A stretch of DNA of 64,000 bases from an uncultured Verrucomicrobiae bacterium (GTDB taxonomy: Bacteria; Verrucomicrobiota; Verrucomicrobiia; Chthoniobacterales; Terrimicrobiaceae). Shown here piece after piece: positions 22,024 through 33,913 of this stretch. Under the pieces are notes generated by a model. That model saw only the letters and a program-made list of their open reading frames with translations, made no database searches and was not told the DNA's origin. The stretch is taken from positions 768,001 to 832,000 of the forward strand of contig CAVPOC010000008.1 of assembly GCA_963706955.1 (NCBI GenBank). The letters run 5' to 3'. Every line of letters begins with the position of its first letter. Within the stretch, counting starts at the first letter, position 1. The translations under genes were made by a program, and so were the position numbers.

Positions 22024-22230
22024 AAGTTTCCTGAGATTCCACGCCCACGCATGGCCGAGCACGCAAATACCTCCGGTCTGCTTTACTATGCGCCCATCGA
22101 GGGAAACCAAAGCTACGATCATATGCTTCCCTCCTCCAGCGGCAAATTGCACGGCATCGAGCTGCTCGATCCTGCCGTCGGTATGGCTGCCGGCTTTCGC
22201 AGTACCCAGGCAGAAAAGGAAGCCCCATAG
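22024..22230 (+). pseudogene. Orphan C-terminal remnant of a sixth array paralogue
   Basis: Reads KFPEIPRPRMAEHANTSGLLYYAPIEGNQSYDHMLP...LLDPAVGMAAGF*, matching the C-terminus of copy 3 (RFPEIPRSNMAERTNPAGLRYYAPIEGNQSFD). Absent from the ORF track. Confidence 0.85.
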
Positions 22231-22275
22231 CTCGAGCACTGACGGCGAATCATGGCATCCCCATAACTCCGGGAC

Positions 22276-24017
22276 ATGACCTCCAACTGGTTCTTTTCCG
22301 CCTTTTTGGTTTTTCTGCTGTCGGCGCTCTTTCTTTGGGCGCTTGGTGCTGCGGTATTCGGTGGCTTGCACGGGAGTTCGAATTTGTTCAGATTGCCGTG
22401 GCTCGGTTACGGCGTCCTGCTTGGCTCCCTGCAAATCGCCCATTTGTTTTTCCCGATTGACCATCAGTTTTCGCATCGCCTTTCTGATGATCACTGCGGG
22501 GAGCCACGACAGCGGTGCTTATCATAAGAGCTGTCTGGCGCTCGGAAACCCCACGGGAAGCTCAGAGCGGGTGGTTAAAGCTCCTGCCGCTCGTTCTCCT
22601 TGCCTTCTGCATTTTTGTTCCCGTTTTCAACGCTTCTACCAAGCCAGCCTGTCACTACGATCTCGGGCTCTACTATCTCCAGGAGATTCGCTGGATCGAA
22701 ACGTTCCCGATCGTCCGCGGCGTGGGCAATTTGATCCTCAACTTAGGTTTCAACCAAAGCGCCTTTCTGGTAACTTCGTTCCTCGACGGCCTGCTCCCGG
22801 ACAGGATCGGTCTGTGGTTAGTCGGAGGGTTGTTGCCTTGGCTAGGGCTGACGCTGTCAGCCTACGCAGCAGTCAGACTGATGGCGGCGCGCAAGGTCCG
22901 CCGCTCACCGCTGGAGATCGCATACGCCGTCTCACTGCCGGCCTGGATTTACACGCTGCTTGGAAACAACATCTCGAGTGGTTCTCCCGACGTCACCTCT
23001 TCGTGTTTGCTCATCCATCTTTTCCTAGCGTTCGCGGCGTTCGTCATGACGAGAGACAATTCGGAAAGAGCGCGATGCTTAGGAGATTTGTGGATCCTCA
23101 GCGCCATCTGCGTGTGCCTTAAGCTTAACACTCTGGGCATGGTTGTCGGAATTTGTTTCATGGCGGTGCTCTTCCTCATCTTCGAGCGGGACTCTTGTCG
23201 CGCAGGACGATCTTACCTCCGATGGAGCGGGGCGGTTGCCGCTTGCCTTCTCGCGATCTGGGTCTATCGAGGAGTTCTTCTTAGCGGCTATCCGCTCTTC
23301 CCGTCCGGTATCGCGGCCGTCCCGGTTGCCTGGCAGATTCCGCCGAGTGAAGTCGAGCAGTGCCGCGAGGACACCGTCTACTGGGCGCGCATTCCGTATG
23401 GTGACAGGAAGGTGGCTCTCGAAGGTTTATCCTGGGTCGGTCCGTGGATTCGGCGAGTGGTTTCTCAGGACATCCAATTCGACTGGCCGCTCGGGATCGG
23501 CTTGATCAGCTCGGCGGCCGTGCTGCTGCTCTCGTGGATGGAAAAGCGATTGCGGCGAGCCAGGTACTTCCTGCTCTTTCTTTGTGTGCCGCTCCTTGTG
23601 CATACCACCTTCTGGATCCTGACAGCGCCGGAGCCCCGTTACTTTGGATCGACCCCGTGGCTTTTCGCCGCCGCGCCAATCCTCAGCTTCATCGCCGCCG
23701 AGGAATCGCTCGCCTTCCTCTGCCTCGTCGCCAATCTTTACCTGTGCGCAGTGCCGATGGCCGGCCTCCTGGTTAATGCTTCGTGGCAATGGGCGAAGCC
23801 AGACCCCAGATTTCCTGAGATTCCTCGCTCGAACATGGCCGAGCGCACGAACCCCGCTGGTTTGCGCTATTATGCACCGATCGAAGGAAATCAAAGCTTT
23901 GATAATGCGCTACCTTGTGCCAACCGGTCCGTCCAGGATATCGGACTGCTAAATCCCGCCGCAGGGATCGCCGGGGGCTTTCAACCGGTAGGCGAGAAAG
24001 AAAATGTTCTAGTGTGA
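22276..24017 (+). CDS. Polytopic membrane protein, array copy 3 (frameshift near 22500)
   Basis: HYDLGLYYLQEIRW..FPIVRGVGNL..LGFNQS, SGSPD, SGYPLFPS, TAPEPRYFG. Confidence 0.8.
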
Positions 24018-24097
24018 AAGGGTGGATTCAGCGAGAACCCTAAGAGCCATTCCATGTAACGCTCCATCTCTAGGACACTAATTCGCCTTATCCAGCA

Positions 24098-25877
24098 ATG
24101 GGTACCGACTACCAGATGCCATTCTATCTTCTCTTCGTGGGCTTTGGGCTGTTCCTTTGGCTGATCGGAACCGCGGCGAGCTGCAAGCCGATTCGAATCG
24201 ATCTCATATTCCGCGCTCCTTGGATCGGATACTCTTTGCTCGTCGGTCTGCTCCAGCTCGTTCATCTTCTCTGGCCGATCAACCGTCCTGCTTCACAGCA
24301 ATCGTTGTCGGGCAGTTGACTCTTTGCGCAGTGGGCGTGCTCGATGGTCGGCGCCTTTCGCAAGCAAGGAGACCCTGAAATGGAGCTGGCACCGGCATGG
24401 TCGTCATAGCGGTCCTAGGCTGTGATCTCGTTTGCGGTCTTCTATCCTGTCTTCAATAGCATGCACCAAGGCCATGTGCCACTACGATCTGGGCCTGTAC
24501 TATCTGAAGTTGCTTCGTTGGACTGAGGGATTTCCGATAGTCGCGGGCTGGTGAATGTGCAAGAACATCTCGCTTTTAATCAAAGCGCATTCCTCGTCAC
24601 CGCCCTAGTCGATTCACTTGTCCCTAATCGTTGGGGCATCTTCCTTATCGGCGGGTTCCTTCCCTGGCTTGGATTGACTCTCTCGCTGTTTGCGCTTTTC
24701 CGGATTGCTGCATTAGAGTGCTTCGAAACACCGAGAGTACGACGCCTATCGAAGTTGCCTACGCTGTGTCGCTGCCGGTTTGGATCTTTACCCTGGCCAA
24801 TGCTAATATATCCAGCGCTTCTCCGGATTGCATCATTTCCTGCCTAAGCATCCATTTCTTTCTGGTTTTCGCGTCGTATGTAGCTTCGGACGATGAGGAG
24901 GAAAGGGCGAGCAGCCTTCGCTGAACTGTTTCCTCTTGGGCGCGGTTTGCTTGGCTGTTAAATCGAGTTGTTTGGGGCTAATTGTCGCGGTATGGGCGGT
25001 CTGCCATCCTTCTCCTTTGGCTAGGAAAATCAGAGGCCTGCCGGATACTCGCGCACAGGAGAATCTTAGCGATGGCTCTCGATTGCCGCTCTCTTCCAGT
25101 TACGTGGACGGGGCGCGGCATTATTCTTTCCGGCTATCCATTGTTTCCGTCGAGCGCACTTGCGATGCCGGTTGCCTGGCGGATGCCCGTCAAGTATGTG
25201 ATGAGTTTCGGGGGGATAGCCGTTCGCTAGGCACGCGAAGCAGACCCTGCGATTAACGTAAAGAAGACGCTCCGGACATGGCGCTGGTTCCCGGGATGGT
25301 TTGAGCGCGTTCTCGCCATGCCCAACCAATTTGTTTGGCCCACCCAGGTGGCTATGGCGGGGTCGGCTGTCTTAGTCGCATTCGGCTTTTTCGTAGATAC
25401 GGTGCGTCAGCAACGCTCTGAATCTTTCATTCTGATTATGCCGCTTCTCGCTTACATCGTTTTTTGGTTTTTCACCGCTCCTGGCGTTCGATATTTTGGC
25501 CCGCGATGTGGATTTTCGCGGTCTGTCCCGCGCTGGCGTTTGTTGCTGGTGATGACGCGTCGGGTTGGCTTCCTGGGTGCGACGCTTGCGGGGCCGCCAT
25601 ACCGATTCTTTTCCTCGCCTGGGAATTCCATGGTCTGGAGCCCGGCCGGAACCACGGTTGCCGGAACTTAGAACGATGGAGACAAAGCTGTGATCAATGA
25701 ACACGGCGTCGAGTATGGGTGAACCCGATGGCTTTCAGACCTATGATGCTCCGCTGCCAAGTTCCGGACGTGTCGTCCATTCCTGGCATTGCTCGAACCC
25801 TAAAAGGGCATCGGCGGAGGTTTCAGGTTCGCGAAGCCTGCGGTCTCCACGAGGATCAGGCATCATCGTCGCGATGA
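24098..25877 (+). CDS. Polytopic membrane protein, array copy 4 (heavily frameshifted)
   Basis: Fragments in order: FRAPWIGY, HYDLGLYYLK, HLAFNQS, GGFLPWLGL, SASPD, SGYPLFPS, TAPGVRYFG, YDAPLP. Confidence 0.7.
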
Positions 25878-27726
25878 TCGTCGGAACAATGGAGCCTGGC
25901 GTGAGCTATTTGTTTCCATTTTTCGTTCTTTTTGCAACGTCGGGTATCTATTTGTGGTTGCTTGGTGGAGCTTTCCTTCGCCTGGTCGCGCAGGTGGAAG
26001 CGAACGGTCTTGCGCACGCCTTGGATCGGATGGGCGATCCTGCTGGGACTTGCAAGTCACTCATTTGTTTGCGCCGAATAAACGAGCAGACAGTGACGGG
26101 GCTCGTCGATTGGGTGCGGCGGCGCGGCGGTCGATCATCATGTGGCTTCGCTGGCGCGCTAGACGAAAGCGACAGACGGTCAACGGTATCCCAGCGAACA
26201 ATCTACTGGCTCATTCGGTGCAGCTGGGAGCGGCCTCCCTTGCTGGCATTTTTTCCGGTGTTCAACGCCTGTACAAAGGAAATGATCCTGTACGATCTGG
26301 GACTCTATTATCTGAAGGCGGTCCGCTGGATCGCGACCTATCCGATCGTGCCAGGCCTGGCGAACGTGCAGGGTCATCTCGGGTTCAACCAGTCGGGATT
26401 TCTGTTCACCACCCTGTTTGACGCCATCCTGCCTGAACGCTGGGGAATCTTTCTGGTCGGAGGGATTCTTCCCTGGCTTGGGTTAGCATCGAGCTTATTC
26501 GCGCTGTTTTGCCTCGGACTTCACGCGTCCGGGAAGCTCGGATCTCCCCGGTCCATCACTGTGGCATACGCCTGTTCGCTGCCTGTATGGATCTATGCCT
26601 TCCTCTACGAAAACCTCTCCAGCGGCTCGCCGAATCTGATCGTTGCTTGTGTGATGATTCATCTGTTCCTGGTGTTTGCCTGCTTCTTGTTTAGCCCCGA
26701 TGAGCAGAGCGAAAACCTTGGCGAAATCTTGGTAATAGGGGCTGCCTGCCTCTGCCTAAAGTTAACCAGTCTGGGGTTTGTGCTAAGTATCTGGGCAATC
26801 GCCGTCGGTTGTAATGATTCGTCATCAAAGATGGCGGACCCTCGCATTGCCGCGGTTGCTGCCTGCCCTCGGAATATGCGCGGTCATGCTTTGCGCGTGG
26901 GTTTATCGAGGCGTCTTCCTTTCAGGTTACCCATTTTTCCCGTCGAGTTTTCTCGCGGCACCCGTGGACTGGCGCGTGCCAGACTCCGTGATGAAAGACT
27001 TTCAAGACTATATTCTGCTTTGGTCGCGCTTTCCCCACGGCGACGCGGCGACGGCCCTCCACACCATCGGATGGGTTCCCCACTGGTTTGCACGCGTGAT
27101 TCCCAATCAATACCAATTCGCCTGGCCGATTCAGGCCGGGATAGCGGGCGCCCTGGCCCTTTCGCTTTTTCAGGCAAATCGGCAAGAGATTTTCAGTTCT
27201 CTTCGCAGGAACGCTATCTTGGTCTCTCCTCTATTTGGTTTCGCTCTGCTCTGGTTTGTGACAGCGCCGGATGTACGCTACTTCGGTCCGTTAGCATGGC
27301 TGTTCGCCATTGTTCCTGCCTTGGTATGGATCTCGCCGGCAATTCACACACGCCTTCATCGCGTGCGGAACGACTCTGTGTTTGTGCGCCGTCCCGCTTG
27401 CCTGCTTCGCCTGGGAGAACCGATGGATCTGGATCACTCGCGAGCGCGTGCTTCCACAGATCCCAGTCGTCGAGCTGGAGGTTTCCACTAATCGGCATGG
27501 GCTGGCGATTTGGTATGCCAAGGAGGGCAACAAAGCATTCGATGCTCCGCTGCCAAGTTCCTGGGGCTTCACCCCGTCCCTCTGCCTTCTCGACCCCGCC
27601 AAGGGTCTCTCCGGAGGCTTCAAACACGTGGAATCTGGAATGGTATCCGGCATGGAGCAGGATCGACGGCCAGAATCGGGCAAGGGAAATACTGCGCAGC
27701 ACGCCTCGTCTCCTGGAACGCCATGA
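25874..27726 (+). CDS. Polytopic membrane protein, array copy 5 (frameshifted)
   Basis: LYDLGLYYLKAVRW..YPIVPGLANV..LGFNQS, SGSPN, SGYPFFPS, TAPDVRYFG, FDAPLP..GLSGGF. Confidence 0.75.
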
Positions 27727-28395
27727 AATTCCGGGTCACATTTCAATGGATTAACCCATGCCGAAATGAGCGACTGCGCCTGGCGCAGCAGAAGCTGCTC
27801 GAAAGCATTCAGGCTCTCGGCCTCGAGCCGTCGCTCTTTCCGGCCGGTCCTGAGATGATCAAATTCGGCGATATCCTTCGTCATGCCCGACGGGAAAGCG
27901 TGGGGACGAGCTTCGTGTGGTGCCATTCCGACGTCCTGTTGACGAAGAATCCTTTCCTCCTCGCTGACCGCGGGAAAGTCGTGGGTTTCCACCGAAGAGA
28001 GCTGCCATCCGGCGAAATTTGCGCCGGTGTGGACATGTATCTGATCCCAAACCTTATTTGGGATAACTATCTTTCGCGCGATATTCCGGACCTCTGGTGC
28101 GGAGGAACCCACGTGGACTGGTGGCTGACGCGCGCCGCCTCGCTCATCGGAGCGTATGAGTCTCATGGCGGCTATATCGATCACCTGTCCCATCCGGAAT
28201 CGGGCGCATCCAAGCGCGCCAACGATCCATATTTTCGCCACAACGTGCGCGAATATAATGCCTGGGCGGTGCGAAACGGGGCTGGCGTTCTCGAACTCCG
28301 GCCCGCCTGCCCTTGATCGGGGCCTCGATGTCGCCGATCAAGGATTATCTTGCCTGGGCGAACAAAGCGACTTCGGAAGGAATCGGAAGCCGTGA
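27723..28395 (+). CDS. Hypothetical protein, probable small GT-A-like transferase
   Basis: ATG 27723 overlaps the upstream stop. Motifs FVWCHSDVLL, GVDMY, DWWL, HLSH. The 3' end is uncertain (28316 or 28395). Confidence 0.5.
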
Positions 28396-29251
28396 AATTC
28401 ACGATAATCACCGCCTGCCGAAATTCCGCACCATGCTCCCGGAGACCATCAAATCCGTCGTCGAACAAAGCGCATTGACGCAGGGGATCGCCAGCCTCGA
28501 ATACTTCATCATCGAGGCGCCTCAACGGATGCGACGGCGGAAGTCGTCTCCCGCTACCGCCACGAGTAGATGACGTTCGTTTCAGAGCCGGACACCGGCC
28601 TCTATGACGCGGTAGTCAAGGGATTCAAAGGGCCACGGGCGAAGTGGTCGCTTACTTGAACGCTGGAGATATCTTACATGAGCACGCTTTCCGCGTCGCA
28701 TCCGAAGTGATGCAGCACGACGGAGTGAAGTGGATCTGCGGCTACCAACTCAAGATCAATGAGGACGGCGAAGTCATCGCTGTGTCGAAGACCTCCACGC
28801 TACAGACGGGAGTTTATCCTGAATGGAACCTACTTAAGGGCTTCCCCTATGCGGGCATCCAGCAAGAAGGCATTTTCTTTCGCCGCAAACTGCTGGAAAC
28901 GGTGGATCTGGAAGCCTTGAAGCGATTTCGTCGCGCGGCGACTATTTTCTTTGGACGCAGCTCGCCAAGCATGCCGAGTTGCATACTGTTCTAAGCTTTC
29001 TGGGCGCTTTCCGTGTCCACGAGGGGCAATTGACCTTTCGCGCGAAAGGGAATCGGCGAAGGATTGGAAGCATACTGCAAAGAGGCGAGGACGTGCACGC
29101 GACCGGAGACATTTCGCGAGAAGGTGACCCGCTATTGGGAATACCATAGCCCGCCCTTCCTCAAAGGAGTCTTGTGGAATTTCACCCTAGGACAATCCGC
29201 AGCCCGGATTTTTCGATTCGACGAGGCGGCGCAACGATGGTGCCGCGATGA
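28392..29251 (+). CDS. GT2 glycosyltransferase (multiple frameshifts)
   Basis: GTG KFTIITACRN, ASTD, VSEPDTGLYDA, YLNAGD, IQQEGIFFRR, FRVHEGQL. Confidence 0.75.
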
Positions 29252-30190
29252 GCATGTTTCCCTTCACTTCGGAAGAAATCCAAGAGCATTTCATCTCGGC
29301 CGAGCAACTGATGCGCGTATGCGATCAGGTCTGGAGCGCCGACAGCAAGGCGAACATTGCCCTCGACCGCGGACAGCCTCGGGCCGGCTCAAGCATCTAT
29401 TGCAAGGTCGATCATCTTATTGGTCTCTTCGATCACCGGAAGGCCCGGAATTGTGTGGTCCTTGTCAGTTCCGAGAGCGACCGGCCGATCAACGACGAAT
29501 TTCTTGCAAAGATGTCCGCCGCAGATCGCGCATTGGTTCAGCACAAACATTCAAACGAAGGACGAACGGTTAAGCCCGCTGCCACTTGGCCTCGCGAATT
29601 CCTACTGCGGCATTACTTTGAAGGCGCCGCTAATCGCCGCGCATTCGCGACCATTCCTGAGCGCCCCTGCTGGCTCTATGTCAATTTTCGAACCACGAGT
29701 AACCCGGCAGTCCGCGAGCCGACGATGCATCATTTCCGCAGCTTGAGAAATGCGGATTGGCTAACCGTGGGGGAAGGCGGACTGGGCTTTGAAACCTTTC
29801 TGAACGAAATGACATCCCATCGCTTCGTGCTTTGTCCACCAGGCAATGGCAGTGACACGCACAGACTCTGGGAGGCTTTATATAGCCGAACAATCCCCGT
29901 TGCGCTTGCTCAACCCGCGATGGATGCGTTCCGTGATCTTCCCATTCTCTTCGTGGAAGACTTCAGACAATTGACGCGCGATTTTCTTGCGAGCGAGTAT
30001 GAGCGTATCACTTCCTTAAAGTGGAACTGGCGCAAAGCTCTTCCTGCCATGGTGGCACGAGCGAATCGCTGAACAATGCGAAAAACTTAGAAGTGCGGGT
30101 GCCAGCATGCTCCCGCGCGGCGAGTTCCTTCGCGCAATCACCGGAGCGCGTATCGAGGATCTCAAAAGACGCGTTTTGCGCAAGGCATGA
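29248..30190 (+). CDS. Exostosin/GT47-like glycosyltransferase (frameshifted)
   Basis: PLPLGLAN, LYVNF...TSNP..R, HRFVLCPPGNGSDTHRLWEALY..TIPV, DLPIL. Confidence 0.7.
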
Positions 30191-31470
30191 AGATCACGAT
30201 CAGCAGTCCCGACGGCTTGGGGGACTTCGTCCTGCGGATTCCCTTCTTTGAAGCGCTGCGCGATGCCGGGCATGACCTCCAGATCTTTATGTGCCCGCCG
30301 GCCTTCGAGCTTGCCAGGGCGGTGCTGCCGACCGCGCGCGTTGAAAGGATCAGCGATGATCCCTATGCGCGCCTCGTTCGATTTCGCCGAAACCCATTCA
30401 CGGCGGAGTTGAAAAAGATCTCCGCATTCGGGCCGGAGCTTTTTGTCGTCGCGCTCTTTCAGCAGAGCTTTTTCGATGAGATCACCCTGTCCAAGCTTCC
30501 CAGGCGTCTGAAAGTGGCTGGTTTTCGATGCACCGACTCCTTTTGGAGCACGCAGGCCAATACGCGGCCGCAGGAAATTGCCGACGGCTTCGCCATTCGC
30601 GTGGAAGCGACGACGAACCTGCCCGAAGTCGGAGAAGAACCGTTTGCTGGCCTCGGCGATCTTGGGCTGGTCAGTTCCACGCAAGCCGGCGCGGATTGAC
30701 CCGCCCGAGAACGCGCTTGATGAAGCGCGCTCGATCCTTCGGCAAAGTGGAATTGAAGACGAGAAATATTGGGTGGTGTGTGCCGGAGCCAGGCCCGGCT
30801 TGAGATCAAGGATTGGGGAGAAGCAAACTGGGCGCAGCCCTTGCCAGATTGCGCTCGGACACCAAGGCTCCGCTTATCTTCCTTGGCAACAAAGCCGAGG
30901 CCGCCTCGATCGACCGAATACGAGCTGCACTGCCGGAAAGTTGCGTTCACTTCAATCTGGCAGGACACCCTCCTCCGATCCTAACCACTCTGGGAATTAT
31001 TGCGCTTTCGGCCGGATTTGTGGGACGTGATTCCGGCCCAATGCATTTGGCCGCCGCTTGTGCTCGGCCGTTTCTTGCCATCTCCAGCGGTTGGCTATGG
31101 GGCCGCTTCTTTCCTGAGACCGAAGGAGCGGTGATTGTCTCGCGCCAGGTGCCCTGCCAAGGGATGTCTCGGCTACTGTCATCTGCCTGAACCATTCTGT
31201 GTGCGGCGCGTCAGCGTCAGCAGTTCCTCGAAGGGTGGCGGCTCCTGCAAAGCGAAGCGGGCGCAGAGCACCCAGATCCTCGAGTTCCCATGGACGACGA
31301 CTTGCGCGAGGAGATCGTTGAGACGGCCCATCTGCGTTTTCCTCGAGCTCGCGCACGAGGCGCGACGTCACGTTTTCGAATCGGAACGAGCTGTCAACCT
31401 TCTCGACAGCGCAGGCATCATGGTGCGTCGCTTGCACGCGCGACGATATTCTCAAAGCGATTCTCGTTGA
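30187..31470 (+). CDS. GT9 (ADP-heptose:LPS heptosyltransferase-like), multiple frameshifts
   Basis: DGLGDFVL, KDW..NW, FVGRDSGPMHLAAA, WGRFFP, Cys-rich C-terminus (PC.GC..YC...EPFC). Confidence 0.75.
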
Positions 31471-31496
31471 ACTCTCGGGAGCTTCGCGGTCGCGCG

Positions 31497-32719
31497 TCAG
31501 CACAAGACCATCGCATCCAAGCTTCTCTCCAGGGCGAGCGGATCCACGAAAATGTCTTCGAGAAAGAAGCGTGCATCATGAACGTCAGCTACCATGCCAT
31601 CTGCGCTGCCGAGAAGGTAGTAGTAGTCGGCTTGCGTAAGGCTGGCGATAGCCCAGTAGCAGAGGTTTACGTAGAGTGGCGAAAAGATCTCCAAGACTTT
31701 GATCTGGGGCTGACACCAAATAAGATTGGTCATCCCGGCGCCGTGCGGCGCGACAACCGCTTCGGCCTCCGAGAAAAGTGCGATCTGTTCGCTCAGCTCA
31801 TTTTCTCGAGTGTAACGTGGATGAAGCCACGGCGCGCGAGAATAGGCCAGAGATCTCCTCTTCGTTAAAGATCCTCCGTCCAAAGGCCTCGGAGCGGCTT
31901 ATGTAAATTCGCTTTCGTGGCCTAAAGGTGAAATTCCGAGTTGGGATCTGAGAAACTCGATGGCCCACGGCGGGACATTGCCCGGCGCCGCCGGCGAACG
32001 ATGGCACGACCAAGAGGTCGCAGGGAAATGACTATCGCTGTCGCGTAACAACGATCCTATGTCGCGAATCCCGAGCAGAGCGAGCGATTCGCGGATGGCG
32101 GGAATTCCCTCGCTGACTAAGAAATGGTCGATTGCCTCCCACGGGATCGGACATGCTTTCCGAAGAATTTGCAGCCTGGGGAGAGCATCGGTCATCCAAT
32201 GGAAGAATCCTGTGGACTCGGAAGTGGCCAAGACGACCGACGTCCCTGCCAGTCTTCGGGCTTTCGCCAAGCGCTTCTGTTCAAGGAGCGGATGCCGGGT
32301 CGCGTCATGCGCTCCGACCGCCCAGTCGATCGAAACATCGTAGAGTATCTTCCCGTCGTGCGCGACGACTGACGCCTTTGCCGCCGACCACCCGTCCCCG
32401 CGGAATACAGACGACAAACGTGTCGGGATATTTCCCGTGGAGGTACGGGCTTGATGCGCTAAGGAGAGGATGATGGTTCTCGTGCAGGGTTTTCGCGACA
32501 TTTCTCACATTTTCGCAGCGCTGACGACCATTCTTGGTAGCGAAGTCCCGTCAATTGGCCTGCGTGCGAGAGTAGTGTTGGAAATACGCTTTGGAGGAAA
32601 GCCAGTAACCTGAAGGGCGCGGCAGACGATCGCTTCAAAAGATGCCTCAGACGGTTCCACACATCACGCAGGCTAGAATAGCTCTGGAAGCGGTCAATCA
32701 GAAGCTGCCGAACAGCCAT
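31497..32719 (-). CDS. GT61/DUF563 family glycosyltransferase (frameshifted)
   Basis: FFHWMTDALPRL, KRIYISR...RRIFNEEEI, EQIALFSEAEAVVAPHGAGMTNL, VLEIF. Confidence 0.8.
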
Positions 32720-32854
32720 GTACCTATTCAAAAATACGATCGTGGCAGCGCACAAACTGCGCGTGCAGGCGACGAATTTTCGTCGAAGCATCTGCTTTCG
32801 ATATTTTCCAGCACGTCATCAATCCCGCAGCGGCGAAGTTGCGCCCGTTCGGGC

Positions 32855-33913
32855 GTGACCGATCTCGATCAAGAAATTCCTTGATTGGGTCAAGCCGCGG
32901 AAGAGGAAGACCCGGAAGCCTGCCACCGTCGACGGCCGACCGTCGATCTTCGCTTCCTACGCTACGGATGAGTCGCTGAAGGGCAGTCATCGGTATTGCG
33001 GCGGCGAGAAGCTGCTGAATAATCTTGTCCTCTTGCTTCGCAGGCATGGCTATGACGCATACATGGTCAGCATGGATGGAGCGCATTCGAATTGGCTGGT
33101 CGAGCACGCGCCCTTTCTTTCGGTCGAAGAATTCGCCCGCCGCGCAGCAAGTGGGCGATCCGATCCGATGTGTGACCTCATGGGTTCTCGCCGACGCGTT
33201 TCTCCAGCATTGCCCGGGATTTTATTTCTGGGATCAAGAGCTGGCGACCACGAGTCGAAGCCAATTTCCGGTGCTCGCGCGGCAGATGCGCCAAGGGCGG
33301 ATCCGCGCGACGGCCGGTCTTAACCGTTCAATTCAAGCCTGGCATATGGCCATATTCGAACAGAAGGGCCTCCCTGCTGAGGACGCTCGTTGACGAAAAG
33401 CACTGGAAACCGGACGAGGCGCGCCGCCAGCGTGATCGCGTCGGATACATGGACGAGGGTTCGCTTACGGCCACTTTCATTGACACCATCCAGCAGCTTG
33501 ACCCGATCAAGAGGGCTCGAACTGGAATTTTTTCGACTCGCGGGCGTCGAAGCCGACATCATCAAGGGCATGCAAACATGTTCAGTGTTTTTGGCATTGA
33601 ACGTTGGCAAGAGCCCGCTCTGGGGCGAAGGCGGACCGATGACTCCCCACGAAGCCATGGCGTGCGGGACTGTTCCCATTTGCTTCGATATGAACGGTCC
33701 CTGGGAACTCATCCAACAAGGTTATAACGGATTCGTTCTTCCGGAGATCCGCCCTGAGACTGATGGCCGACCAACTGATCAGCATCTACTCCGACCCCGG
33801 CCGGCTCGAAGTTTCTACGCGATAACGCCCTGGCTGTCTTCCGGACGAGCCACTGCATGGAGTCACGCTGGCCATTCGTTTGCGAGTTTCTTCGATTGCC
33901 GAAGGAAACATGA
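32855..33913 (+). CDS. GT4-like glycosyltransferase (multiple frameshifts)
   Basis: CGGEKLL..LRRHGYDA, EGGPMTPHEAMACGTVPI, GYNGF; the stop overlaps ATG 33910. Confidence 0.7.

Noticed and set aside
25697..27754. 685-aa ORF as a single genuine protein
   Set aside because: It is a chimera of frames: only part matches array copy 5, and the rest is out-of-frame read-through.
3140..33913. Programmed frameshifting or homopolymer phase variation
   Set aside because: The indels I inspected are not at long simple-sequence tracts. They are very numerous and also hit trpC, so sequencing error is more parsimonious.
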